In this document: positions 37,446 through 51,513 of the stretch, piece after piece
Position numbering within the stretch: position 1 is the first letter of the stretch
How the letters are laid out: each line of letters begins with the position of its first letter
Assembly: GCA_951406725.2 (NCBI GenBank)
Contig: OX597834.1
Coordinates: forward strand, 20,398,001-20,462,000
DNA length: 64,000 nucleotides
Reading direction: 5' to 3'
Origin: Octopus vulgaris
Taxonomy: Eukaryota
Made by a program: the position numbers and the translations under genes
Notes under the pieces: model-generated
What the model was told of the DNA's origin: nothing
The model's database searches: none
The model's input: the letters and a program-made list of their open reading frames with translations, nothing else

Positions 37446-37691
37446 TATACATATACACACACAATATATATATACATACATATATATATATATATATTAA
37501 TGTACATAGATGAAGGCATGTGGAATGTGTGTTTATTTATAAATACATACACACTAAAATATATGCATACACATATACACAATACATTCAGACATATACA
37601 TGTATAATATATATACATAAATATGTGCAAACATATATGCATACATACGAGTATATGGATATATGTACAGTGTACATATATATATATATAT

Positions 37692-37769
<78 letters not shown>

Positions 37770-37818
37770 CACACACACACAATATAAACATATATCTATA
37801 CATACACACATATATCTT

Positions 37819-37886
<68 letters not shown>

Positions 37887-38151
37887 GTAAACTCAGAAAG
37901 GAAAGAAAATAATAGTTTTCAAAAAGAAGCGAAAGATAAACATGGGCAAATATGGTGCGATAAATGTGCATTCATGCATGTGGTATTCAAATAGGCATGT
38001 AGTAAAATTTCAATACAATTGCAGACGTTCTGTGGAGAACGGCATTGAATACATGGTGCTGCATGTATTTATAATCAATGAGTCGATGTGTGTTGAATTA
38101 TAAAAGAGACATGATGGCTATTAGAGGAAATGCGTGTTTATTCCCATACAC

Positions 38152-38198
<47 letters not shown>

Positions 38199-38252
38199 GT
38201 GTGTGTGTGTATATATATATGTATGTGTTTATTCCATTACACTATATATATA

Positions 38253-38295
<43 letters not shown>

Positions 38296-38414
38296 GCACA
38301 CACACACATATACACACAAAAACGTGTGTGTGTGTGTATGACAGTTGAAGATGTGTGTGTATATATGAAGTATGAGTGAGTGTGTGTCTTCTTTTATTGT
38401 TTGTTTTCTTTTTT

Positions 38415-38814
38415 TTTACTTGTTTCAGTCATTTAGATTGTGGCCATGCTGGGGCATCACCTCGAAGAAATCTTCACCCGAATGAATCAACCCCAGGAGT
38501 TGTTCTTTTGTTAAGCTTGGTATTTAATCTGTCCGTCTCTTTTGCCGAACTGCTAAGTTATGGGGAATCAATCACACCAAGACCTGTTATCAAGTGGTGG
38601 TGGTGGTGGTGGTGGTGGGAAACAAACATGGACACAAACACACACATATATATATACAATAGGCTTCTTTCAGTTTCCATTTACCAAATTCCCTCACAAG
38701 ACTTTGGTCAGCTAAGCCTATATTAGAAGACACTTGCCCAAGGTGCCATGCAGTAAGACTGATCCCAGAGCCATGTGGGTGGCAAGCAAGCTTCTTACCA
38801 CACAGCCATACCTG

Positions 38815-38850
<36 letters not shown>

Positions 38851-39061
38851 ATCTATAAGGCGGCAAGTTGGCAGGAATGTTAGCACGCCGGGCAAAATGC
38901 TTAAGAGTATTTCGTCTCTCTTTATGTTCTGAGTTCAAATTTCCTTGATGTTGACTTTGCCTTTCATCCTTTCGGGGTTGAAAAATTAAGTACCTGTTGT
39001 GCACTGGGGTCGATCTAATTGTATGCCCCCTCCCCAAAAAGTTTCGGGCCTTGTGTCTTGA

Positions 39062-39097
<36 letters not shown>

Positions 39098-39265
39098 GTA
39101 TGTGTACAATGGGCTTCTTTTCAGTTTCCGTCTACCAAATCCACTCACAAGGCTTTGATCGGCCTTCGGCTATAGTAGAAGATACTTGCCCAAGGTACCA
39201 GGTAGTGGGACTGAACCCAGACCCATGTGGTTTGGGGAGCAAGCTTCTTACCACACAGCCACATA
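38415..39265. mobile_element. SINE A (-, 38415-38817), SINE B (+, 38857-39062), SINE A head (-, 39108-39265)
   Basis: Family motifs. Confidence 0.85.
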
Positions 39266-40543
39266 TTCCTTATTTTTCTTGGTCCCTGGGCTTCATAAGA
39301 CCAGTTACCCAGTTTCCTTGGGGTGTGAGTGACTGAGATTGCAGCAATCCCCTTGAACGGGACACCGGTCCATTGCAGAGTTCATGGTCAGCAGGTTTTG
39401 AAGGAAGGGTTAAACCGTTTACACTGCTCCATCATCACCACCACCACCACTCCCCATCATTTGACTCGTAAATTTATTTTATCGACCTCTAAGAGATGAT
39501 GGGCAAAGTTAACCTTGGCTGGATTTGAACTCAGAACATAAAGTGCCGTCAGAAATGGCATCAAGAATTTTGCTTGATATGCTGATTCTGCCAGCCCACT
39601 CCCTCTGTGTGTGTGTGAATGATTGTATGTGTATGCAACGGGGATTGAAGGAAGCTATGTCTGTAGATGTAGCTAATTTTCCCTCCATCCTCATCCAGAG
39701 TCTAAAGCTCACCTCTCATCCACCCATTGATGTGTTTATGTGTGTATTTGTGTGTGTGTGTATACAAGTCTACATATTCATGCTTCATGTAGTAAGATCC
39801 AAATTTTGCTAAAGTCTTGCGCAGGAACACATCATTTCCAAAGTCATATTCTCCATAACCTTTGATCCTCACAATCACATCTTCTTTGTATTTAAATCAC
39901 TTTACTCTCCAATCTACCTTTCATTTGCACGTGTGCCATCAGTATGGCACAAGCTCAAAGTCTCAGCCTCCTTTGTAGTCAACTTGGAATCCTGTTATTT
40001 CCTCATGTTTAATTCTGTCTGTTCCTCTTTCGTCGGAATCATCCAAGATTTCTTCGTGTTAGCTCTTGGCCATAAAACCAAGAGAACAATGTATAGCCGC
40101 CAGCACTGCTTGGAAAAATGTTACTGATTAGGAAAATAATTCATTTACAGTAATTATGCAAATCAGTTTCAAAATTTTGGAAAACAAAGAATAAAAGAAA
40201 AATATCGCAAAAAGTCAAGAAAAGTGAGCGTAAAATTTTATTTTAGATTTTTCATTTGTTTCGTAAATGTTCATGCATTTTTAATGAAGTGACAACTTGG
40301 AACAATCCAGCTTCTGGATTGTTTCAATGCAAGAATTTTTAGTGAAGCAACGTTTTCCAAACCAATAGCAGATGGACTTCTTTTTAATGTTTTTTTTTTT
40401 CATAAATCAATTTATTCAAAACAGAATTACTTCGTGTGATTTTAGATATTTCAGGTATCAATAAAGTCAAACTAGGGTGAGATCTGATGCTAGTATCATC
40501 AACATCATCTGTGCTATACATCTATGCTATGTATCGTCATCAT

Positions 40544-40588
<45 letters not shown>

Positions 40589-41062
40589 CTGTGTCATGTA
40601 TATATGCTCCCATCATCATCATCATCATCATCGTTGTTATCATCATCATCATTTCACTTCCATGTTCCATGCTGGCCGGGGTCGCACAGTTTGACAAAAT
40701 CTGGGGTTTCCAAGGACTTCATTGAGCTCCATTGTTTGTTTTGGATAGTTTTTAGGGCCGGAAGCCCTTCTTAACCTCAACCACTTCACAACGTGGATTG
40801 GGTGCGGTTTTTTTTTGTGCCACTTACATTACTCAGGTCACCATGCACTTCACTGGACAATGAGTCGGTGTGGAGCAGGGGAGAGGGGTCAGTTCAAGGT
40901 CAGGGATCTCTTTTATTCTTTTACTTGTTGCAGTCAGTAAGTAGACTGTGGCCATGTTGGGGCAGCACCGAGGGGATTCCAATGAAAGTGATGGGGTACA
41001 GCAGATTCCTGCTGAGGGATTTGCATGGCTGCTCACAAAAAGAGAAAAAAAAAATGTGTACA

Positions 41063-41480
41063 TGGAGTGGCTGTGTGGTAAGTAGCTTGCTTATCAACCA
41101 CATGGTTCCAGGTTCAGTCCTACTGTGTGACACCTTGGGCAAGTGTCTTCTACTATAGCCTCAGGCTGACCAAAGCCTTGTAAGTGGATTTGGTAGATGG
41201 AAACTGAAAGAAGCCCATCATATGCATATATATATATATATATATTTAAAGATGTATGTGTGTGTATATGTTTGTGTGTCTGTGTTTGTCTCTCCAACAT
41301 CACTTGACAACCGATGCTGGTGTGTTTACATCCCCATGACTTAATGGTTCGGCAAAAGAGACTGATAGAATAAGTACTAGGCTTAGAAAGAATAAGTCCT
41401 GGGGTTGATTTGCTCGACTAAAGGCAGTGCCCCAGCATGGCCACAGTCAAATGACTGAAACAAGTAAAAGAATAAAAGAA
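41063..41480 (+). mobile_element. SINE family A, full length
   Basis: Family A motifs. Confidence 0.9.
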
Positions 41481-43854
41481 TGCCTGCACTCATACACACA
41501 CACACACACACAGATGCTCACATGGGCACACACACTCACATTGACTCCACACATGCGCACATATATGCACACTTAGGTGCATACATACACACACAGGACA
41601 AACACACACAAAGCACACACGCAGACACCTAGGCACACACACACACACACACAGAAGCTCACACACACACAGAGAAGCTCACACACACACACACACACAC
41701 AAGGCTCACACACACACACACAAACAAGGCTCACACACACACACACACAAGGCTCACACACACACACACAAAGCTCACACACATACATATGCACACATAC
41801 ATGCACACATATGCACATACACACACATACATACACACAGACACATACAGACCCCCACACACACACATGCATACACATATTCACACACACACACACACAC
41901 ACATACACACACACACACACAGGCTCACACACACAGCCCTCCCCCCCCCCCATAAGTTATTTTGCTAATATTTGTGTTTTTCCCTTTCTCCATCCTTTCC
42001 AGCTCCAACATATTCCCTCTTCATGATGGCTTTTAAAGAATGGACATTTTATGCTGGCATGGGGTAGGGGTGGACAGGTGGGTGTGGTTGTTCCATGTGT
42101 GTGTGTGTGTGTGTGTGTGTGTTTTTTTGTGTGTGTGTTTTGCCAAATTACCAAACTTCTCATCTGTCAATCTCACCACAACTACTGCTGCTACCAACAC
42201 CATCGTCAACACTACCACCACAACCATGACCACTACTACCACTGCAATAAGACTACTAGTGCTGCCACTGTCACCAACGCTGCCACCTTTATCAAGAATA
42301 CTACTACCACCACCACCATCACTATCATTACCATTGAGACTCTAGTTAGTGCCATCACTACCCTCACCACAACCACTACTACCACCACCCTAACTATCCC
42401 CTCTCAAACACCTCCACCATCACCACTTCTATCAACACCACCAACATCACTACCCCGCACCACCGTCATCAACACACCCAGTAAGAACACTACCACCACC
42501 ACAACCACCATTCTCATTACCCTTATCACCATCCCTACAGACACCAGTACCACCACCATTAAATCAAATCTACTGTTACCACTTGTCAGCGCTGAAAGAA
42601 ATGAAAAGGGCTTACCTTAATCTCAAATAAACATCTCCTGTCCAGCCTCCAACCAACCCTGGACACATCCAATCCCTACACTTTTTATTTTCCCTTTTTT
42701 TTGTATCCTATTATTTACAAAACCCCTTCACAGAAATATAAGGTTATTGCTATTATTGGCATGCAAAGGGTCAAGGTAGGGAAGCTGGTGAAATTGTTAG
42801 CTCATCAAACAGAATGCTTAGCAGTACTTCTTCCAGTTCTCTGCGTTCTGAGATCAAATCACACTGAGGTTAATTCTACTTTTCATTCTTCAGGGTCAAG
42901 AAAATTCAGTAGCAACAAAGTACTGGAGCTGACATAATTAAGTTGCCGTCCCTCTTTAGATATAGCTGGCCTTGATCCCTACAATTGACCATGGCCCCAT
43001 TGAGGAGCAGCAACATCAAGGGGTCATGTTGCAACTTAGAAGACATAGTCGCTAGTGATGGAACCAATAGCATTGTTTTTTATTTCATTTTGCTGGGTTT
43101 TAAAAAAAAAATTAAATGCATAACCCTTCCCTCTCCAGCACCACCCTGTCCTCCTCATCACTCTCCCATTCGCTCATTAACTGGCTCTGCCCCCCACTCC
43201 GACCCCCATCACTACCAACACAGCTCTTTCCACCAGCATCACCCCACCCCACCACCCGATATATTACAAATAGATTTATTGGTCACGTAACACATTACTG
43301 CTTGATGATATAAAAGAAAAAAGAAAATAAAACAATAAATAAGACAATGAACAACAAAATAAAACTAAATTCAAAATAAAAAGAAAACAACCGGAATTAA
43401 TTAAGTCATTATCTCAATGACTTTTATTTTTATTGTTCTTGTTTTTTCCAGATCTTATTATCACTTTCATTGCCATTGTTATTGTTGTTGTGGTTGTTAT
43501 CTGTCACCATCCTCATTGTTGGAGTTGTTCTTGTTTTGTTTTTTTTAAATATATCTCAGTGGCTTTGTGGTAAGAGGCTTGCTTCTTAATGACATAGTTC
43601 CATGTTCAGTTCCACTTCATGGCACCTTGGGCAAGTGACTTCTATATATATATATATATATATATAATTAATAATTAATAGAAATAACCTCTAAGTAATT
43701 CAATAAAGAAAAACATTATCTATACCACATAGAAAAAATTTAAATATACTATAATGAATATTATTCAAAAACTCACTAAATTAAATTTGATTTAGAATTG
43801 CTAGATTGAATATTCCCTACTATTATTATTATATGTATATATAAATTAAATATT

Positions 43855-44070
43855 TAGTTCTTTATTGCCCACATAGCAGAGACAAACAAGGACAGACAAA
43901 GGGATTAGGTTGATTACATCGACCCCAGTAACTGGTACTTATTTAATCGATTCTGAAAGGATGAAAAGCAAAGTCGACCTCGGCGGAATTTGAACTCAGA
44001 ACGTAAAGACAGACGAAATACCGCTAAGCACTTTGCCTGGTGTGGTAACATTTCTGCCAGCTCGCCGCCT
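43855..44070 (-). mobile_element. SINE family B with 12-bp TSD
   Basis: TSD aaattaaatatt at 43843-43854 and 44076-44087. Confidence 0.88.
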
Positions 44071-44313
44071 TTATAAAATTAAATATTGCAATACAAATGT
44101 ATTACTTTCCATTCAAATAAAGCACTGTGAAGGTAGAAGTGTAAATACAGAAATGTGGTACAACAAAGCACCAATGTTTACTGGAAATAGCAATTGATTA
44201 ATTTATGATGCTATAGTAAAACTTCACTGTGTATATACTGGCAAAGACATGTGAAGAATTTCATGTTACCTCTAGGAAGAACATAAGACAAATTGGACAA
44301 TCTAGAATCGGAT

Positions 44314-44388
44314 AATCCAGTACCTAGGTTTCAGACTCTTTAAATATGTTTGTCATTGTAAATTTGATTAGTCTTCATCAGCTGGATT
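44314..44388 (-). ncRNA. Intact type I hammerhead ribozyme
   Basis: aatccag-CTGATGA-agact[32 nt]agtct-GAAA-cctagg-TA-ctggatt; perfect 7-bp stem I, 5-bp stem II, palindromic stem III ACCTAGGT; predicted cut after GUA between 44321 and 44320. Confidence 0.88.
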
Positions 44389-44714
44389 TACCTGGACAGT
44401 ATTTCAAATGTTGCTACATCAATGCAAGTATACATGCACGTGTTTGTGTGTTTATATCTATGCTTGTCTCCCATCCCCACTTGTCAACCGATGTTGGTGT
44501 GTTTACATCCCCATAACTTGGCAGTGCAACAAAAGACACCGTTAGAATAAGTAGCAGGCTTCAAAAACCAAAATTGAATTAAAATAAGTCCTGGGGTTCA
44601 ATCCATTCAACTAAAAATTCTTCAAGGCAGTGCCCCAGTATGGCCACAGAAGCAAGCAAAAGAATGAAAGATAAAAGGAAGGTCGTTGTTGTCATTGTTA
44701 TTTTTCTACATCTC

Positions 44715-45140
44715 ATTATCCACCCTACCTCCTCCAACATTAGCCGCTCCACCCCACCTCCAACATTAGCCACCTCCAAAATTATCCACCCCACCTCCAA
44801 CATTACCCACCCCAACCCCACCTCCAACATTATCCACCTCACACCCCTTCCAACATTTTTCACCCTACCTCACCTCCAAAATTATCCACCCCACCTCCAA
44901 CATTATCCACCCAACCCCTCCAAAATTATCCACCCCACCTCCAACATTACCCACCCCAACCCCACCTCCAACATTATCCACTTCACACCCCTCCCAACAT
45001 TATTCACCCTACCCCACCTCCAACATTATCCACTCCACCCCTCCAAAATTATCCACCCCACCTCCAATATTATACACCCCACCCCTCCAAAATTACCCAC
45101 CCCACCCCTCCAAAATTATCCACCCCACCTTCAACATTAT
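44715..45140. repeat. ~20-bp C-rich minisatellite (CCACCTCCAACATTATCCACC-like)
   Basis: About 20 tandem variants; source of the 180-aa PTSNIIH ORF. Confidence 0.9.
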
Positions 45141-45440
45141 CATTGTCACTTTGTGTTATTGTTACCCTTGCTGTTGTTGTAGTTGTTATTGGTGTCATTT
45201 TCTTTTCCCCAGTGTTGTATTTGTTTCTTCCCATCATTCTTAGCATTGTTGTTTAGGTTCATTTTTTTCCTTCTTCTTCATTTCCATTCTCTTGTTATCA
45301 CCATTTCTTGTCATCACTTTTGTCATGGTCCTGTTGTTGTTGTTGTTGTTGCTATAAATCTCTCTCATTTGTATTAACATCTTAAAGTCAGTTTTCTTAT
45401 TCATTCACAGTTTTTTTTTATTAGTCTATTTTTTTTATTA

Positions 45441-45487
<47 letters not shown>

Positions 45488-46097
45488 TGTTTTTGTTCTT
45501 TTTTTTTTCTATTTGTCCATGTCTGAAATGTAAATGTCTAAATGACTAACAAGTCAACAGGTCAGATGACTAACGAATATATTAGCTCTGCATCTGGATG
45601 TGTGCAAGAATGTGTAGGAGATATGGAGAAGAAGAGACAGAGAGAGAGAGAGAGAGAGTATGGGGAAGACACACAGACATAGAACATAACAATACAAGCA
45701 GATTGTCTTAGAAGAAACAAAAATGGTTTTAAAAAATTAAAATATATTTTAACAATAACAGCAGAGTCTCTATTCTCTCTGATACACTGCTTTCCCAATC
45801 GTGACCACCCCACATCTCTTATCCTCCCACTGTGGAACATTGGCAGACCTCTGACCTTCTGCTATTTCTTTTGCTATGTAAACCTGTCCCCTAGCTTCCC
45901 TTCTGGCTCCCTGATATAATTCTCCACTTCCACCATTTCCCCGCGTCTTTCCAGGCCTGTCTCTTTGCTTTTATAGAGCTCGGCCAGCTCCTGGCGAACC
46001 GTCCAACCCATGCCAGCATAAAAGGTGATGGTTAAACGATGATGGTGTTGATGATGATGAATGACAGTAATAATAATAAAAATGATGATAATAATAA

Positions 46098-46317
46098 TAA
46101 TCTTTTCGATTATAGGCACAATGATTGGAATTAGGTGGGAGGGGGGCTAGTCGATTACGTCAACCCTAGTGTGTAACTGGTACTTAATTCAATGACCCTG
46201 AAAGGATGAAAGGCTAAGTTGACCTCAGCAGAATTTGAACTCAGAACATAGCAGAAGACAAAACATTATTAAGCATTTTGCCCAGCGTGCTAATGATTCT
46301 GCCAGCTCGCCACCTTA
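46098..46317 (-). mobile_element. SINE family B
   Basis: Family B motifs, abutting TAA repeats. Confidence 0.85.
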
Positions 46318-46680
46318 CATGACAATAATAATAATTATTATTATTGTCATCTATAATTATAATTTGAAACCATTATAATGGTTTCAAATTTTGACATAGG
46401 ACCAGCAGTTTTTGAAGGGAGGGGTAAATCAGTTATATTGAACTCAGAACTTGACTGATACTAATTTTATTGATTTGTGATTAAAGCCTGTTCATTCTAT
46501 CTTCTTTTATAAATTTTTATACAAATCCTGCACAGGCTAACAAAGTTCCATGTGTGTATCCAGTAAAAGGAGTTATCCTACAGTATGATGGCATATGGTA
46601 ACAAACAACTGTAGAGAAGCTTTGAACTGCCTGTTATAACATTATTACTCAGATGATATTATATATGTGTATGTATATAT

Positions 46681-47087
46681 ATTTGTGTAAGAGTCCAACG
46701 GTCCTTATCTGAAAGTTTTGGTTTTCTTCCAGAGTTTTGTTTCAATTTGGAGGTTTTTCTCTTTTTCTGAAAGGCTGTCATTACTTTCAAGACAGTACTT
46801 CTTGATAGACCAAACATTTCGGCTGTTTTCATTACGCTAGTTCCTGCTATATGAGCACCAACAATTTGATCTCTTTGAAAGTCCTATAGATCTGTCATTT
46901 TAATGAATTTTAATTACCTTTTTCTGATGATATCTGAAAAGAAACAGCAATTTTAACAAAACATATTAAGCAACACTAATAATAAATCAAAAAACATAAA
47001 AATAAACAAGCTTTTGATGGTTTTATAGATATTTCAAAATTATGATGATATGATGCTAGGTGTTTCCATTATTTTGCCCAACCCCTG
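46681..47087 (-). mobile_element. Tc1-like transposon 5' end: TIR plus truncated transposase N-terminus
   Basis: TA-CAGGGGTTGGGCAAAATAATGGAAACAC terminus at 47087; from ATG at 46898: MTDL*DFQRDQIVGAHIAGTSVMKTAEMFGLSRSTV.KVM.AF...KTS..KQNSGRKPKLSDKDR. Confidence 0.9.
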
Positions 47088-47210
47088 TATATATATATAT
47101 TTATATATATGTATATATATATATATTTAAATATATATATATGTATATCTATACATATATATATATTTTCATATATATGTATATATATATATGTATACAC
47201 ACATATATAT

Positions 47211-47265
<55 letters not shown>

Positions 47266-47546
47266 CATATATATACATACAAATATATATATATATATAT
47301 GTATACATAAACATGCGTATGTATGTATATACATGCACACATATACATACATACTCTCATGTTACATTCAATTATTTTAGTGCAGGCTTGTTATGATTAT
47401 TAGAGAAGCAAGTGATTACCTCATCGTCCTTAAATGAATTCGTAACCATTTTACTACCATTCTGGAGATCAGTTTACGGCTTAGTTCTACCCCATTCATC
47501 ACTCAACACCTCGAAATGTCAACCATTCCAGATTCAATTATGCAAA

Positions 47547-47609
<63 letters not shown>

Positions 47610-48599
47610 AATAATAATAAAAACAATGATAATAATAATAATAATAATAATGAATTCTTGTGACTAACATTTCTTGTTTATTTGTTAATTTGTATTGTTT
47701 TAGCATTGTTGTTGTTTTGGTGAGAAAGTTTGCTTTTTGTAGTTGTTTTTTGTTTGTTTTCATAACTAGCATACAAAAGCAGTGCTCCAGTATGATCTCG
47801 GGCCACAGTGCTCTTAGAAACAAACTTAAAAGAACAAAAATAAATAAATAAATAGACTAAAAAATAAGCAGTATGGCTGTGCTGTAATTTAGTTGTACTT
47901 TAGAGATGGGGGGATTAAGATGTATCGTAAATCTTTCAGGATAAATCTGTCTAGAATTTATTTTCAGTATAGCCAAGAGAGGATTTGTGGGAAATGGTTT
48001 GGTAGTCAGAAATGTTTAGTTAGATGGGATATCATCATCATCATCATCATCATCACCATGATCGTCACCGTTATCATGATCATCAATTTAATCATCATTT
48101 TTGTCATTGTCATCATCATCAAACCATTATCATCACCATCGATATTTTTCATTATCATTTTTCACGTCGTCTTTATCATCATCGTCATCGTCATCATCAT
48201 CATCATCACAAGCATTATTATCACCATCAATATTCTTCATTCTTATTGTCATCATCATCATCACCTTTCTCATCGTTGTTATCATAATCAACTTCATCAT
48301 CATTTTCATCACCCTCACCACCATTATTGTTCTCAATGTCAATATTCTTCATTGTCATCATTATTATCATCATCATCATCATCATCGTTATTGATGCTAT
48401 TATTATAACTATTATTGTCATTATTACAATCACACAATACAATAACCACAACCATTTGAATATGTGTGTGTGTGCTTGGATCTTGGCTGCTTTGACATCA
48501 CATGATATTTCTTAAAAAGCATCAAGCCAGTAGCGTCCTTTGTGTCCAATCTTCTCTAAAACAGTGTCCAGCCAAAGGAAAGCAACATTTTACATGTCT

Positions 48600-48837
48600 A
48601 CAGGTGCAGGTGGCACGTAAAAAGCACCATCCGATCGTGGCCGTTTGCCAGCCCCATCTGGCACCTGTGCCAGTGGCACGTAAAAAGCACCCACTACACT
48701 CACGGAGTGGTTGGTGTTAGAAAGGGCATCCAGCCGTAGAAATATTGCCAGATTAGACTGGGCCTGGTGCAGCCTTCTGGCTTCCCAGACCCCAGTGGAA
48801 CTGTCCAACCCATGCTAGCATGGAAAGCGGACGCTAA

Positions 48838-48868
<31 letters not shown>
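48600..48868 (+). mobile_element. Repeat family C
   Basis: Two GTGGCACGTAAAAAGCACC units; (GAT)n tail. Confidence 0.88.
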
Positions 48869-48894
48869 CAGGTGAAGGTTGTTGACAGTAAAGG

Positions 48895-49004
48895 CATGGT
48901 TCCCAACCTTTTCACAATGGTTTCCAAACCTTTTATTTAAAATTTTGAATTTAGTTCATAGATCCTAGTACTACGTTTGTGGACCACCATGTTGGGAACC
49001 ACTG
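48895..49004. mobile_element. hAT-type MITE (~110 bp)
   Basis: TIRs ca-tggttcccaac / gttgggaaccactg resemble CAGTGGTTCCCAAC hAT ends; no clear 8-bp TSD. Confidence 0.65.
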
Positions 49005-49089
49005 AAACAGGGTAGCCAAGTTCGTATAACCCTGAGTGCCTTATTGATATCTGCCTGGAATTTTTAATCTCTTTTAATTCTTATGTATA

Positions 49090-49502
49090 TTCTTTTACTC
49101 TCTTATTCGTTTCAGTCATTTGACTGTGGCCATGCTGGAGCACCGGCTTGAAGGATTTTAGTCAAACAAATTGACCCCCAGGACTTATTTTTTAAGTTTA
49201 GTACTTATTCTACTGGTCTTTCGCTGAACCATTAAGTTATGGGGGTGTAAGCACAGCGATGTTGTTTGTTAAGCGGGGACTGGGGAACAAATAAACACAA
49301 CTACACAGATATATATACACTCACACACACACATATATTTATATGATGGGCTTCTTTCAGTTTCCATCTGCCAAATCCACTGACAAGGGATTGATTGGCC
49401 TGGGGCTATAGTAGAAGACACTTGCCCAGGGTGCCACGCAGTGGGACTGAACCCGGAACCATGTGGTTGGTAAGCCAGCTTCTTTACCACACAGCCATGC
49501 CT
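49090..49502 (-). mobile_element. SINE family A
   Basis: Family A motifs. Confidence 0.88.
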
Positions 49503-49714
49503 ATTACATTAACCCTTCTGTTCACCCTCTATATTTTTCTTCCTCACAATACCATCCTCTCTTTCTCTCCCTCTCTCTCTTTTCCTCTTCCTTTCTCTCT
49601 CGTCCTCTTCCTCCCTCTCTCCCATATTCATTACCATTTCTGTACGCTCATATGTCTCACATCTGTCCGTGTGTCCTTGTTTCTCTAAATCTCTGTACAT
49701 GAGCAACTGCATAT

Positions 49715-49755
<41 letters not shown>

Positions 49756-50016
49756 ATGCAAGTGTATACGTATGCATGATGTTTATCAGGCCATGGAGAT
49801 ACATTTTTCTGCATCCTTTTTCCACACACACACTCATAACCCCATACACCCGCATACCCTCGGCAGCTGTCAATCTAATCAGATGAAATAGAGTTCAAAC
49901 ATATATGCATATATTTATATGTTTGTATACACACACACACACAAACACATATATATGTACATGCATATTTACACATATATATGCATAAACATATATACAC
50001 ATATGCATGCATAAAC

Positions 50017-50055
<39 letters not shown>

Positions 50056-50156
50056 CATATATATACATATATACCTATAAATATATATATATATACACAC
50101 ACAGATATATATTGACACATGTACATCTATATGTATGTATACACACAAACACGTAC

Positions 50157-50223
<67 letters not shown>

Positions 50224-50639
50224 GATAAATCTCAGAGCGAGTTGTATATATATATATATACACATGCATACATACATAGACATATATATTTACATATATA
50301 TGCATGTATAAACAAACTTACACACACATTCATATATATATATATACACACACACATGTGTGCATACGCGTGCATGCACACACACACACACACACACACA
50401 CATAGACATTGACACTGTTAGAAAGTGATATAAACTGGTTTAAACCGGCATAAATTGGCCAAATCAGACTCTTTGGTTTGACTTGTTCAGAAGAAGACAT
50501 ACATTGAACCGATGAAGATCAGAGTCTTGTGACGGTTCCAGCCATTATATAGCTCTTCTACTTACCATTGTCTGACTGACTGACTGCCTGTTTGCCTGCT
50601 TCTCTGGAATTTCTAGGACTATCAACTGTCACCTTCCAC

Positions 50640-51340
50640 AATGACTATGGTGACGCTGACAACAACAACCCCAATGGTAACCATTACAAATAATGACAAC
50701 AACAACAAGACCATCAACATTACTATCCTCACCGCCACCCTCGTCACCATAACTATTTCCACCACCAATACTACCACCATGCCAACCATATCCATCACCA
50801 CCACCACCAACATTTCTAACACCCTCATCATCACCAGCACTACTGCTGACCACCAGACCACCACCACTGACCACCACCATGACAACCATCTCAAACACTG
50901 CCACCACCACCAGCACTACCACCACCAACACCCCACTACCATAACCATCGCCATCACCACGACAACCATCTCAAACACTGCCACCACTACCACCACCAAC
51001 ACTCCACTACCATAACCATCACCACCACCACTATCACCACGACAACAACCATCTCAAACACTGCCACCACCACCACCACCACCACCACCCCACTACCATA
51101 ACCATCACCATCACCACCACCACCACCACCACCATTTCTTACCCTATCATTATCTCCAGCACTACCGCCACCATTACCACTAACACCACCACCACCAACA
51201 TTTCCACCACCCTCACCAGTACAACCACCTCCTCCTATTCAGATTTGTGCCGCCACAACCACCACCACCACCATCAACACCATCACAATAATAACTACCC
51301 TCCTACTACTTTGATATACTCCTCCTCCTCCTCCTCCTCC
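50640..51340. repeat. (ACC)n low-complexity region with ~80-bp duplications
   Basis: acaaccatctcaaacactgccacca recurs three times. Confidence 0.88.
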
Positions 51341-51479
51341 TTTATTTTATAATTTTTTTTTCATTTTCTTATTAATTTTTTTTGCTTTTTGTGGGTGTTT
51401 GTGGAGCTTTATGGTTGTCTGAGGGGGAGGTCCAGGGTGGTTACAAATTTACAGCTTCTTCCTTCAGTCTTTCTTTTTC

Positions 51480-51513
<34 letters not shown>

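Noticed and set aside
39830-40070. Possible very old LINE fragment on the minus strand
   Set aside because: No motif could be read with confidence.
40440-40462. Second AG|GT junction (tttcag|gtatca)
   Set aside because: Weak pyrimidine tract with a nearby upstream AG, weak donor, no downstream donor.
44640-45182. 180-aa Pro/His-rich ORF
   Set aside because: SINE tail plus minisatellite.
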